64,000 nucleotides of DNA from a virus: IMG/VR virus record IMGVR_UViG_3300027418_000370. One strand, given 5' to 3'. Below are positions 18,879 through 28,510 of the stretch, one piece after another (positions within the stretch are counted from its first letter, which is position 1; every line of letters begins with the position of its first letter). Below the pieces are notes generated by a model, which worked only from the letters and a program-made list of their open reading frames with translations, searched no databases and had not been told where the DNA came from. The position numbers and the translations under genes are program-made.

Positions 18879-20765
18879 ATGGCAATCACGTTAAGATATA
18901 CAGGAACTGATACAGGTGGTAAGACAAGCGAGCTTACCTATCAGGAAATGAACGACAATTTAAAGTCGTATTACTATTCTAGCTCTTTATCTGGGAGTAC
19001 ACTTCAAATGTATACTACTGGAAGCGTTAGCCACTCTATCGACCTCTCTTCGTTTCTAGATAATACCAACACTAATATATACAACACAGACGGTACACTA
19101 ACGGGTAACCGAACAGTTGCAGGAGATGGAAGTAGCTTAACATTTGACTTCCAGAGCGCCAACTTTACAATTCAAACCGCCGAAGAACAGAGTGTTACTA
19201 TAACCGGATTACCTCAAGCAAACTCTGCACAAATACTAGGTATCGACGGAAGCGGCAATCTCTCATTAATGCTTACCAGTTCAATCCCAGGACAAGGTGG
19301 AACTGATACAAACTTATACAACACTAACGGTACTCTTACAGCAGCTAGAACAGTCACAGCAAACGCTAACAACCTTACTTTTAGTTTTGCTGACGCTAAC
19401 TTTACTATCGGATCCGGCGGCGGTACTGGAGGAGACGTAATCATCTCAGACCTAAGACAAGCTAGTACAGATAGCATGATGATGATCAATGCTGGTACTG
19501 GGGTAGTATCCTGGATGGCTACTAGCTCATTAGGGTTAGGAGGATCAACATCTCCTGGAGGCTCAGATACTCAAGTACAGTTCAACGACAGCGGTAACTT
19601 TGGAGGTGATAGCGGGCTTACTTACAACAAAACATCTAACAGGCTAACCATCACTGCTCCTTCTAGCCCAACTAGAACAGCACCCAACCTACTCCTTAAT
19701 AGTGAACTTGCGAACGTTACTGCTGGAGAAGTATTCGGTGTTATTGCAGCAAATAACGCTACCGATCAGTACAACCCCGCTAGCTATCCTGCATCTATTC
19801 AGTTTGTTGCAGATACTAACTTTGCACCAGGTAACTACGATGCTAGAATCGGCTTATTTGTAAATAATAATGCTACAGAAACAGAAGCATTAAGATTAAA
19901 AAGCTCAGGACAAGCTAGCCTTCCACAATACGGTTCAGGCACGTTTACTGGTACAAATGCATACTACTTAGCAGTATCTGCCTCTGGCGAGGTAATTGAA
20001 ACAGCTCCTCCAGGAGGATTTACAAGACCAGGCTCAGATACATCTATAACATATGATACGTACCTACAAACAATAAATACGTACTCTGTTAACGCTGTTG
20101 GCACAAGCCCAGCTGCACCAAGCTCAAACGGAGATGTATCAATCAGATACGCAGTAAGTAATATTGGATCTAATGTAGATAGAATTGATGTATACGATTC
20201 AGACGGTACTGACCGTAGTGCTACTTTATTAAACTTAGCAATAAGCGGTTCAATTACCATTGCTCAAGTAGGAGCAGGAGCACATACAGAAGTCTATAGA
20301 ATTATCTCAGTTACGGACAACACCAGCTATGTTAGCTACGCCGTATCTTGGGTAAGCGGAGATGATGCAGCAATGTCAACTATAACCACAGATACATTTA
20401 CATTTAACGCTGACTACGAATACACACTTAGTACAGGTTACAATAGACTGCTAGTTACAAATAACTCAAATAGCGCTGCTAACCAGTTTAGACTAGCACC
20501 TCCAGCAGGAGCATCAGCTGGAGATGAAGTTATAGTTGAATTAAAAATCAACACCAGCGGTGTAAATGTAAGACCTACATACTACGTCAGAACCGGAACT
20601 CCTACCTTTATGATCGCAAACAGAGTTTCGCAGATTGATGGAGGTACAATAACTGGGATGGAACTAGATACTAACGACATTGCTATTATGAGATTCCAAG
20701 TTAACGATATTGGCTCGATAGAAGGTCTGATGTTACTTGGAGCAGTTCAAATGGTGAACGCTTAA
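18879..20765 (+). CDS. Tail fibre protein
   Basis: N-terminal ITLR...K.SELTYQEMNDN, PGGSDTQVQFND.G.FGG, Thr/Ser/Gly-rich. Confidence 0.75.
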   Translation: MAITLRYTGTDTGGKTSELTYQEMNDNLKSYYYSSSLSGSTLQMYTTGSVSHSIDLSSFLDNTNTNIYNTDGTLTGNRTVAGDGSSLTFDFQSANFTIQTAEEQSVTITGLPQANSAQILGIDGSGNLSLMLTSSIPGQGGTDTNLYNTNGTLTAARTVTANANNLTFSFADANFTIGSGGGTGGDVIISDLRQASTDSMMMINAGTGVVSWMATSSLGLGGSTSPGGSDTQVQFNDSGNFGGDSGLTYNKTSNRLTITAPSSPTRTAPNLLLNSELANVTAGEVFGVIAANNATDQYNPASYPASIQFVADTNFAPGNYDARIGLFVNNNATETEALRLKSSGQASLPQYGSGTFTGTNAYYLAVSASGEVIETAPPGGFTRPGSDTSITYDTYLQTINTYSVNAVGTSPAAPSSNGDVSIRYAVSNIGSNVDRIDVYDSDGTDRSATLLNLAISGSITIAQVGAGAHTEVYRIISVTDNTSYVSYAVSWVSGDDAAMSTITTDTFTFNADYEYTLSTGYNRLLVTNNSNSAANQFRLAPPAGASAGDEVIVELKINTSGVNVRPTYYVRTGTPTFMIANRVSQIDGGTITGMELDTNDIAIMRFQVNDIGSIEGLMLLGAVQMVNA

Positions 20766-20776
20766 AATATTGAATT

Positions 20777-21244
20777 ATGACACAACCTACCTGGGAATAT
20801 AAAGGTAGGCTTATAACCGAGATCTCAGACATGCCTGAAGGTACGTTTGGTTTCATTTATAAGATTACTCATATTCCATCTAACAAGAAATATATCGGTA
20901 AGAAGGTTCTCTATAATAATAGAAAAAAGCCTTTAACTAAAGCCGAGATTGCTGAACAGACCGGACCTGGTCGTAAGCCAACTCATAAGATTGTTACAAC
21001 TGAGAGTGACTGGAAGAAGTATTGGGGCTCTAATAAAGAGTTTCAAAAAATAGTAAAGATCTACCCATCCACTGAATTCTCAAAAGAGATTATTGAATTC
21101 GCACCAGGAAAGAAACTTCTTACGTATTACGAATGTAAGTACCTATTTGCATTAGGAGTCTTAGAAGACCCTGATATGTACTTTAACGATAATATTTTAG
21201 GAAAGTTCTATACAAAGGACTTTTTAGTTGGAGATAAGAAATAA
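20777..21244 (+). CDS. GIY-YIG endonuclease (Seg/EndoII-like)
   Basis: GFIYKITH..KKYIGKK ... WKKYWGS ... YFNDNI. Confidence 0.75.
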   Translation: MTQPTWEYKGRLITEISDMPEGTFGFIYKITHIPSNKKYIGKKVLYNNRKKPLTKAEIAEQTGPGRKPTHKIVTTESDWKKYWGSNKEFQKIVKIYPSTEFSKEIIEFAPGKKLLTYYECKYLFALGVLEDPDMYFNDNILGKFYTKDFLVGDKK

Positions 21245-21258
21245 TATTCGTATATTAG
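21227..21258 (+). promoter_or_regulatory. Early/middle promoter for primase operon
   Basis: GTTG(21227-21230)-N20-TATATTAG(21251-21258). Confidence 0.65.
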
Positions 21259-21281
21259 GATATTAACTAGTTATACCCTAT

Positions 21282-22208
21282 ATGGAGAATACTCTACTGC
21301 TCAATGCACTAGAAGGTGTTTTAGGTAAGTCACATAAGCGAGCAAGAGACAATCATGCGTTTCATTGCCCGTTCTGTAATCACCGTAAACCTAAGCTTGA
21401 GATTAAGATGGTTCCTGATGAAAAGGGACATAATCCTTGGGAGTGCTGGGTATGTAATACACGTGGACGTACTGTAAAGTCTTTACTCCGCCAGATGAAT
21501 ATTGGCAAGGAAGAGGCTATTGAAGTTCTTAAGTACGTTAGAAAAGGAGAAAAGATTACCTACCACGATCTAGAAGTAGTAGAACTTCCTAAAGAATTCC
21601 AACCACTCTCCTCAGCCTCAACAACTTCGGTGATTGCTAATAAGATCCGCAATTACCTATCTAAAAGAGGTATGACTGAGAATGATTACATTAAATACAA
21701 CATCGGCTACTGTCTTACAGGAGAGTATGCCGGCCGTATTATTATTCCATCTTACGATGAGAGTAACCGATTAAACTTCTTTGTAGGTAGAACGTTCGAA
21801 AATGCTTTTATGAAGTATAAGAACCCTTCTGCTTCTAAAGATGTTATCGTATTTGAAAACATGATTAACTGGGATCAGCCTATTGTTCTAGTCGAAGGAG
21901 TCTTTGATGCAATGGCTGTTAAACGTAATGCCGTTCCGATCTTAGGTAAAACCTTATCTAAGAGTTTAATGCAGAAATTAGTTTCTAACAAGGTCGAAGA
22001 CATTTATGTAGCGTTAGATAGGGATGCACTAAAAAGTGCGCTAAGTTATTGTGAGCAATTTCTATCCCTGGGCAAACGTGTATTCTTGGTCGACATGTTA
22101 GATAAGGATCCCTCAGAGATGGGTTTTTCTAGTTTCACTCATCACGTACAACAGGCACAGGAGCTAACCTTCAGCGACTTACTGCGCCACAAACTACAAC
22201 TAGCATGA
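21282..22208 (+). CDS. DNA primase (Zn finger + TOPRIM)
   Basis: CPFCNH..WECWVC; RIIIPSYD; LVEGVFDA; ALDRDA; KDPSE. Confidence 0.9.
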   Translation: MENTLLLNALEGVLGKSHKRARDNHAFHCPFCNHRKPKLEIKMVPDEKGHNPWECWVCNTRGRTVKSLLRQMNIGKEEAIEVLKYVRKGEKITYHDLEVVELPKEFQPLSSASTTSVIANKIRNYLSKRGMTENDYIKYNIGYCLTGEYAGRIIIPSYDESNRLNFFVGRTFENAFMKYKNPSASKDVIVFENMINWDQPIVLVEGVFDAMAVKRNAVPILGKTLSKSLMQKLVSNKVEDIYVALDRDALKSALSYCEQFLSLGKRVFLVDMLDKDPSEMGFSSFTHHVQQAQELTFSDLLRHKLQLA

Positions 22209-22987
22209 TCTATAAAGGTGCTAACGTTCTCTATGAACATAAGAGAAAAAACTTAATGTTCGACGGAGAATTAGAACAGATTACTTTCTTAGATAAACGA
22301 GTCTATAAGAAAGAAGAAGGAGTATATTACCCGTCCGTTACTACAGTTCTCCAGTACATGCCTAAGAATAAGTTCTTTGACAACTGGTTAAAAGACGTAG
22401 GTCACAACGCTGACCTTATCATGCGCAAAGCTGCAGAAGAAGGTACAGCAGTACACAATGCAGTAGAGGATCTTATCGCCGGTAAAGAGATTACCTGGAT
22501 GGATGAATTTGGTAATGCTAAGTACAATCTTAGAGTTTGGCAGATGATTCTTAAAGCAGTCGACTTTTTTACCGTACATAAACCAGAAGTTATTGCAACA
22601 GAAGAATTTACGTTCTCCGACAAGCATCAGTACGCAGGTACTGCTGACTTGATTGTTAAGATGGATGGGCAGATTTGGCTATTAGACGTTAAAACCTCCA
22701 ACAACCTACACCGTTCATACGACCTTCAGTTAGCAGCTTACGCTAAGGCCTGGGAAGAGATGTTTGGTCAGAAGATCGAAAGAACAGGTATCTTATGGTT
22801 AAAGTCTAGTAAGCGTAGTGCTTCCAAGAAAGACGGAGTATACCAGGGGAATGGATGGGAAATTAAAGAAGCTCACAACATCGATGATAACTTCGAACTC
22901 TTTAAGACTATCTACAGCTTATACAAACTTGATAACCCTACGACGGAACCTATTTATAATAGTTACCCAACTCGTATCAAGCTATGA
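22205..22987 (+). CDS. PD-(D/E)XK exonuclease
   Basis: YPSVTTVL, GTAVH, YAGTADL, LLDVKTS, QLAAY. Confidence 0.85.
   Translation: MIYKGANVLYEHKRKNLMFDGELEQITFLDKRVYKKEEGVYYPSVTTVLQYMPKNKFFDNWLKDVGHNADLIMRKAAEEGTAVHNAVEDLIAGKEITWMDEFGNAKYNLRVWQMILKAVDFFTVHKPEVIATEEFTFSDKHQYAGTADLIVKMDGQIWLLDVKTSNNLHRSYDLQLAAYAKAWEEMFGQKIERTGILWLKSSKRSASKKDGVYQGNGWEIKEAHNIDDNFELFKTIYSLYKLDNPTTEPIYNSYPTRIKL
22951..22958 (+). promoter_or_regulatory. Late promoter (TATTTATA) inside the nuclease gene end, driving the cargo cluster
   Basis: CTATTTATA 25 nt upstream of ATG 22984. Confidence 0.55.
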
Positions 22988-23922
22988 AATTAATGGAAGC
23001 TCTTTTATCTGAAGCAAAAGCCCGACCAAAGGCGTTGATTATGGCCGGCGGTGCTGGTACCGGAAAGACTCATATGGTCAATACTTTGAAGAAAGCTGGT
23101 GCTATTCCTGAAGATATTACGATCTTTAATCCTGATCAGTATGTAGAGGACAAAAAGAGTCCTGCATACAATAATCTGTCTATGGCTACGTCCATGACCG
23201 ATAAAGCAGCTTCCGACCATGCTTACGAAGGTCAGCCATTTGTATGGGATACAACAGCTAACAACCCAGACAAGACTGTAAACGATATCAGAGCAAAAGG
23301 CTACGACGTGATGATGATTATGATGATCACTCACCCGGCTATCTCTCTTCTTAAGAATTTTGAAAGAGAGCGTAACATTCCTAAGATCGCAGTATTTGAT
23401 ACTTGGATGAGAAGCTTTGAACTAATTAACTACTATCACAAGCTTTTGAAAGATAACTTCGTTATCGTACCGAATATGATGGGCGGTACTTATGATGCTG
23501 AGGTTCGTAAGTTTAACCATGCAGCTAAGAGAGGTGGAGAAGGTATCTTAGAATACATTGACTCGCTAGGAGAACTAAAATCATCCTTCAGAAAAGACTT
23601 TGAGATTGAAGATGAAGCTGCTTTAGTTGCTTACCAAGAGTTAGTAAAACCTCTTCGATTAGACGATAGCGACGAAGATATGACTAAGAATCTTAAGAAG
23701 CACTTTATGGCTACTTGGGAGAAGAAAGGTCAAGGCCCTACGTTTGACTCAATGAAAAAGAAGGTTGCCTCCATTGAACGTAATAGAGACTCAGCTGAGA
23801 AGAAATACAAGGAGGTACTTGATAGAATCGCTAAAGTTATCAATAGCGATCAATACGACTTAGTAACTAAAGGTACAACAGACGCTCAAGTAATTTCCAA
23901 AACTAAGAAGTTCTTTGCATGA
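22984..23922 (+). CDS. P-loop kinase (zeta-toxin/AAA_33-like)
   Basis: IMAGGAGTGKT Walker A, FNPD, VWDTT, NFERERNIP. Confidence 0.75.
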   Translation: MKLMEALLSEAKARPKALIMAGGAGTGKTHMVNTLKKAGAIPEDITIFNPDQYVEDKKSPAYNNLSMATSMTDKAASDHAYEGQPFVWDTTANNPDKTVNDIRAKGYDVMMIMMITHPAISLLKNFERERNIPKIAVFDTWMRSFELINYYHKLLKDNFVIVPNMMGGTYDAEVRKFNHAAKRGGEGILEYIDSLGELKSSFRKDFEIEDEAALVAYQELVKPLRLDDSDEDMTKNLKKHFMATWEKKGQGPTFDSMKKKVASIERNRDSAEKKYKEVLDRIAKVINSDQYDLVTKGTTDAQVISKTKKFFA

Positions 23923-25970
23923 AAGTAGCAGTATTTGGAGGAGGATTTAAACCACCAACCGCAGGACATTTTGGTGTAGTTGAAACAGCTACCAACCAAG
24001 TTCCTGATGCGGACAAATACATTGTATTCGTAGGTAAAGAAGTAAGAGACGGTATTGATCAAGATACTTCTTACGAAATTTGGAAAGTATATCAAAAGTA
24101 CCTCCCGGGTAATGTTGAGATTGTAAAAGCATCTAAACCACCTATTGGAGAGATTTACTCATATGCTTCTAAGAACCCAGACGATCAAGTAGTTTGGATT
24201 TTAGGCGCTAGAGAAGGTAGAGAAGACGATCTAGGAGATATCCAAGACCGTACCTCATACTTCAGAAAAAATCAAGCAAAGTACCCGAATTTAGAGGTCA
24301 AGGTTATTCAAACAGCAGATGGCGGGATGAGCGGTACAAACGCTCGTAAGGCTATTCTAGCAGGAAACAAAGAAGAATTTTTTAAGTATCTTCCTGCGGT
24401 AGTTAAGCAGAAAGATCATATATTTGATATTCTATCTAAAGCGATGAATAACACACCAGAAAAGAAAATGGCTGATGCCATCGATGAAGTATTTGCAAAC
24501 TTCTTTTATACTGAAGAGGATAAAGAATGGATGAACGCTCCAATGGGACCTATTAAAGAAGTCACAAAAGGCTCTCCGGCAGCACCAATTGCTGTACTCC
24601 CATCTAAAGAGAGACAGCGCCTGCAGGACTACACTGAACTAATCCGTAACGTTATATCTTCGGACTTTAATGTAGAGTTTAGAGGAGATCACATCTCAGT
24701 ATCTCTACCTTACTTTGATAAAGAAAAAGACGGACGTAACTACGACGGAACTCCAAATCAAAGACTCCTCCCAGAAGAGACTATAGGTCAGTTTGAATTT
24801 GCTCCTCATATCGCTTCTATCTTAGAATACTGTATGGAGCAAGGCATGACAGTAGTGCCTATCCCTGATATTAAAATCAGACATGACGAAGAAAATGCTG
24901 CGAACCTCTTTGGTAAGACAGCATATTATCAGCCCGATACGCAAGAGATTGTACTCTATGTAACAGGTCGCCACCCTAAGGATGTTCTACGCTCTTTCTG
25001 TCATGAGCTTATCCATCACCAGCAAAATTTAGAAGATCGCTTACCAGTCTTTACCACTCAGAATACTGAAGAAGATGACGTATTAAGAGAGATTGAGCAG
25101 GAAGCTCACATGGGCGGTAGCATGCTATTCCGTCAATGGGAAGATAGATGCAAGATGTCTGAAGCTAATGATCCTCAAGACGGCAAAGCTGCTCCTTACG
25201 GTTCAGGCTACAACCCGGTTAAAGAAGGTACTAAGTATCGTTCAATTGTAGTCGATGTTAGAAAGGCAGTAAATGCGGCTATTAACACACTTCTATCAGG
25301 CGAAAAACTAAAAGGGTACAACGTTAAGACTAAAAGAGAGCCTTCAGATAAGGATAAAGAGATGGCTAAAAAATATGGCTTCTCTCCATTAGGTTTAATG
25401 CTCAATCTAGAAAAGCAGTATGCTAACTTAGGAACATTTCAAAGCAAGAGCGAGAAAGGAACTTCAACTGAAGTAGAAGTGAACCTTAAGTTTGCTCTTT
25501 CAGACGAAGTTAAACCTGGTAAGTTTTATGTTGACGGAGAAGCTTCTTCTGATGAAGGTTCAATAGACATTATACTAGCCTTCAACCCAGAAGACGGAAC
25601 TAATATGCTTCAGTCTATTCAACCAACACTAACTGATCTTATCCGTCACGAGACTGAGCATCTAACTCAAAGTGGAGTTGAAGAGAAGCCTGGTAAATGG
25701 ATGAGAGCTGATCAAGCTAGAAGAGCTAAGATTAGACAGAACCCTGAACTCTTTTATAAGTACTTCTTATTACCTAAAGAGATTGATGCCAACATTCAAG
25801 GGCTTTACGCTAAGGCTAAGTACGAAAAGAAAGATTTTCAATCTACAGTAGATGAATACTTAGCTACTCTAGTAGGGGATGGAATCATTACTCAAGCTAA
25901 TAGTAAGCAAGTATACAACAAGTGGAAATCAAGAATACCGCAACTAGGTGGAATACCGGAATTAAAATAA
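23919..25970 (+). CDS. Multidomain protein: HxGH nucleotidyltransferase + two zincin-like HExxH domains
   Basis: FGGGFKPPTAGH, MSGTNARK; SFCHELIHHQQ; LIRHETEHLTQ. Confidence 0.75.
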   Translation: MKVAVFGGGFKPPTAGHFGVVETATNQVPDADKYIVFVGKEVRDGIDQDTSYEIWKVYQKYLPGNVEIVKASKPPIGEIYSYASKNPDDQVVWILGAREGREDDLGDIQDRTSYFRKNQAKYPNLEVKVIQTADGGMSGTNARKAILAGNKEEFFKYLPAVVKQKDHIFDILSKAMNNTPEKKMADAIDEVFANFFYTEEDKEWMNAPMGPIKEVTKGSPAAPIAVLPSKERQRLQDYTELIRNVISSDFNVEFRGDHISVSLPYFDKEKDGRNYDGTPNQRLLPEETIGQFEFAPHIASILEYCMEQGMTVVPIPDIKIRHDEENAANLFGKTAYYQPDTQEIVLYVTGRHPKDVLRSFCHELIHHQQNLEDRLPVFTTQNTEEDDVLREIEQEAHMGGSMLFRQWEDRCKMSEANDPQDGKAAPYGSGYNPVKEGTKYRSIVVDVRKAVNAAINTLLSGEKLKGYNVKTKREPSDKDKEMAKKYGFSPLGLMLNLEKQYANLGTFQSKSEKGTSTEVEVNLKFALSDEVKPGKFYVDGEASSDEGSIDIILAFNPEDGTNMLQSIQPTLTDLIRHETEHLTQSGVEEKPGKWMRADQARRAKIRQNPELFYKYFLLPKEIDANIQGLYAKAKYEKKDFQSTVDEYLATLVGDGIITQANSKQVYNKWKSRIPQLGGIPELK

Positions 25971-25972
25971 AA

Positions 25973-26602
25973 ATGGGAAAGTTAGCAGATTTACTACTTA
26001 CAGAAGAAGAGCAGAACCCCACTGTTAAATTTAAGCTATACTGCGATATGGACGGAGTCCTTTGTGACTTTGATCAGCAGTTTATGAAGCTTCTCAACGA
26101 CAGTAACTACGGCGGAAAGCACTATAGAACCGAAGAACTAGAGGGCATTAATACCCCTAGTGAGTTTGAATCTAAGTTCGGAGGACCTGAATTTTGGAAG
26201 TTTATTGATGAGATTTGCGGCAAGAAGTTCTGGGCAGAAATGGAATTCACACCAGGAGGTCAACAATTATGGAATGTAATTAGCGAATATAAACCAACTC
26301 TACTTACATCTCCATCCAGAAATATGATCTCAAGAATCGGTAAAAGATCTTGGGTTAAATCACATTTGACTCCTTCACCGCAAGGTATTATATTTAAGTA
26401 TTCATCCTACAAGCAACAAGTAGCAGAAGAAGACGTATCAAAAGGATTAGAACCTATCTTAATTGACGATAGAAGAGATATTATTGACCGCTGGCAGGAT
26501 GCAGGCGGAATTGGTATTCACCACCCTAAGAACGGAGATCCATCGGAAGTTATAAAAAGAATAAAAAAGTTATATGGAAAGTCAACTGAAGAAGGAATTT
26601 GA
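25973..26602 (+). CDS. HAD 5'(3')-nucleotidase-like phosphatase
   Basis: YCDMDGVLCDF, LLTSP, GK..W, ILIDDR, W..AGGIGI; start reassigned to ATG 25973. Confidence 0.8.
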   Translation: MGKLADLLLTEEEQNPTVKFKLYCDMDGVLCDFDQQFMKLLNDSNYGGKHYRTEELEGINTPSEFESKFGGPEFWKFIDEICGKKFWAEMEFTPGGQQLWNVISEYKPTLLTSPSRNMISRIGKRSWVKSHLTPSPQGIIFKYSSYKQQVAEEDVSKGLEPILIDDRRDIIDRWQDAGGIGIHHPKNGDPSEVIKRIKKLYGKSTEEGI

Positions 26603-27143
26603 TTCTAAAGCAGTAAACCGAGTTAGAAACCTTGTAAATAAGGATTACACCTCTCGTACCGTAACTGGAACAGGTTATGAGAAAAAGAGAGAGAAGCATA
26701 GCGAAGGCGATATCTGGGAAGAAGATGGTAGAACGTGGACTATCAAGAACGGTGTTAAACAAAATATAACTAAGTTAGATGCCGCTAAGAAAGCTGCTCA
26801 AACTCCTCTAACTTGCCCACAATGTGCTGGATCAATGAAGCACCATCTAGCTCAAAAGATGTACAAAATACATAAAATGTGCTTTGATTGCGTAGTAGAT
26901 ATGGAAGCTAACCTACGTAAGGCTGGCTTGTATGAGCAGTATGAAAAGCAGATGATGCAAGGAAATATGCAAGCCTGGGCAGCAGGATTAGAACAATGGG
27001 TACAAGATCAGATTAATGAATCTATGTCGTTTGTTACCGAAGACGGAGTAATGGAAGACTGGAACAGTAATGACAATCAGAACCAGAAACTACTTAAAGG
27101 AATGGCAGACTACCTAAAGCATCTTAAGGAGCACATGGAATAG
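26574..27143 (+). CDS. Hypothetical protein with Zn-ribbon
   Basis: GDIWEEDGRTWTIKNG; CPQC...CFDC. Confidence 0.6.
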   Translation: MESQLKKEFDSKAVNRVRNLVNKDYTSRTVTGTGYEKKREKHSEGDIWEEDGRTWTIKNGVKQNITKLDAAKKAAQTPLTCPQCAGSMKHHLAQKMYKIHKMCFDCVVDMEANLRKAGLYEQYEKQMMQGNMQAWAAGLEQWVQDQINESMSFVTEDGVMEDWNSNDNQNQKLLKGMADYLKHLKEHME

Positions 27144-27163
27144 CTATTTATAAAGAAATACCT

Positions 27164-28291
27164 ATGCTTCTAACAGAATCTAAGCTTACCGGAGTATTAA
27201 CAGAAGGTCTCAAATATCATTTAGAGACTAAGACTCCCCTCTACAAAAACGTATTCCGCCCAGGTTCAGAAGAATACTTCAAAACCATTAATCAGGCTCG
27301 TCTTTTAATGAATGAAGGCATGCTTACTGATTTATGTTTGGAGGACATGGAGCTTCTATTTGAAACAGAAGTAGGTACGTACGGCGAATATAACGGTCGA
27401 ATGGTACCTTTAGATTTTCCAATGTTAAATGAGATTGCAATGGTGATTCCTTCCCCTGCTACCTCTTGGAGAGAAGCTTCACAGGAGCCTCTAGTAATGA
27501 AGATGGGGGAAGAGAGATGGATGGATTTAGCTGGTAAAGCTAAAGCAGCCGGTGGACTAGGATACCAGACTAAATACTCAGATATTAAGACATTCTTAGG
27601 AGAACTACCAGCCGGTACTGTAACCTTCTCAGATACTGATCAAGTACAGATGCCCACAGCATTAAAGTATATGGACGGTAATCAAGTCAATTATAAGCTT
27701 ATAGCAGGTTCAGACGTACTAGCCTCTATCCTACCAGAAGATCCAGACCCAGACATGTGGGCAGTAGACATTACAGGTGAAGCTCAAGATACTCCTCTAC
27801 AGGAGATTATTAACATGATCGATGAAGCAGGTCTTAAAGACTTTGAAAAGCAGGCTTTAATCATGAAGATTAAAAAAGCAGCTCAAGGAGCAGGATCCAC
27901 CAAACATCTAGAGCGAATCGTTGACGACCTTATTAAGAGACTAGAGCAACCAAAAGCTACCGGAGTAAAGTATGCTTACGGTAAAAGAGTTGACGAAGCT
28001 AAATACAAAGGTAAAGAGGTTAAACTTAACAAACCAATGAGAAGCTCAGGACCTAAAAAATATAAAGTATACACTAAGAACGCTAAGGGTAACGTTATTG
28101 TAGTTAACTTTGGTGATGCTAAAGGAGGATTGACAGCTAAGATTAATAACGCTAAAGCTCGTAAAGCATTCTCAGATAGACATAACTGTCCTACTAAAAA
28201 GGATAAGACTAAAGCAGGTTATTGGTCATGCAGACTTCCTCGTTATGCAAAACTCCTTGGACTCAAATCAAGCTTTGGAGGATTCTGGTAA
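27164..28291 (+). CDS. Modular hypothetical protein with basic C-terminal domain
   Basis: Late promoter at 27145; C-terminal KKYKVY..VNFGD..ARKAFSDRHNC..AGYWSC. Confidence 0.65.
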   Translation: MLLTESKLTGVLTEGLKYHLETKTPLYKNVFRPGSEEYFKTINQARLLMNEGMLTDLCLEDMELLFETEVGTYGEYNGRMVPLDFPMLNEIAMVIPSPATSWREASQEPLVMKMGEERWMDLAGKAKAAGGLGYQTKYSDIKTFLGELPAGTVTFSDTDQVQMPTALKYMDGNQVNYKLIAGSDVLASILPEDPDPDMWAVDITGEAQDTPLQEIINMIDEAGLKDFEKQALIMKIKKAAQGAGSTKHLERIVDDLIKRLEQPKATGVKYAYGKRVDEAKYKGKEVKLNKPMRSSGPKKYKVYTKNAKGNVIVVNFGDAKGGLTAKINNAKARKAFSDRHNCPTKKDKTKAGYWSCRLPRYAKLLGLKSSFGGFW

Positions 28292-28297
28292 GAAAGT

Positions 28298-28510
28298 ATG
28301 ACCGAAGAGAGACATAGAATCGTTTTAAGTATTGTTATTGTGCTGTGCTTTGCACTTGTAGTGCATGGCATTCTTATCTCTATGCATACAGGCTCTGCTG
28401 TTGGTGATGAATGGAAAGAACTACTTTTATTGTTATTAGGCGCACTAATCGGCAATTTCGGTAAAGTTGTAGATTATTGGTTTAATAATAAAAAAGAAAA
28501 AGATGAGTGA
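28298..28510 (+). CDS. Two-TM membrane protein (holin-like)
   Basis: Two hydrophobic helices, VVDYWF, charged C-terminal tail. Confidence 0.55.
   Translation: MTEERHRIVLSIVIVLCFALVVHGILISMHTGSAVGDEWKELLLLLLGALIGNFGKVVDYWFNNKKEKDE

Noticed and set aside
22984-23922. Classical epsilon-zeta toxin-antitoxin pair
   Set aside because: No small antitoxin gene upstream. The kinase sits in a late operon, so only the fold is called.
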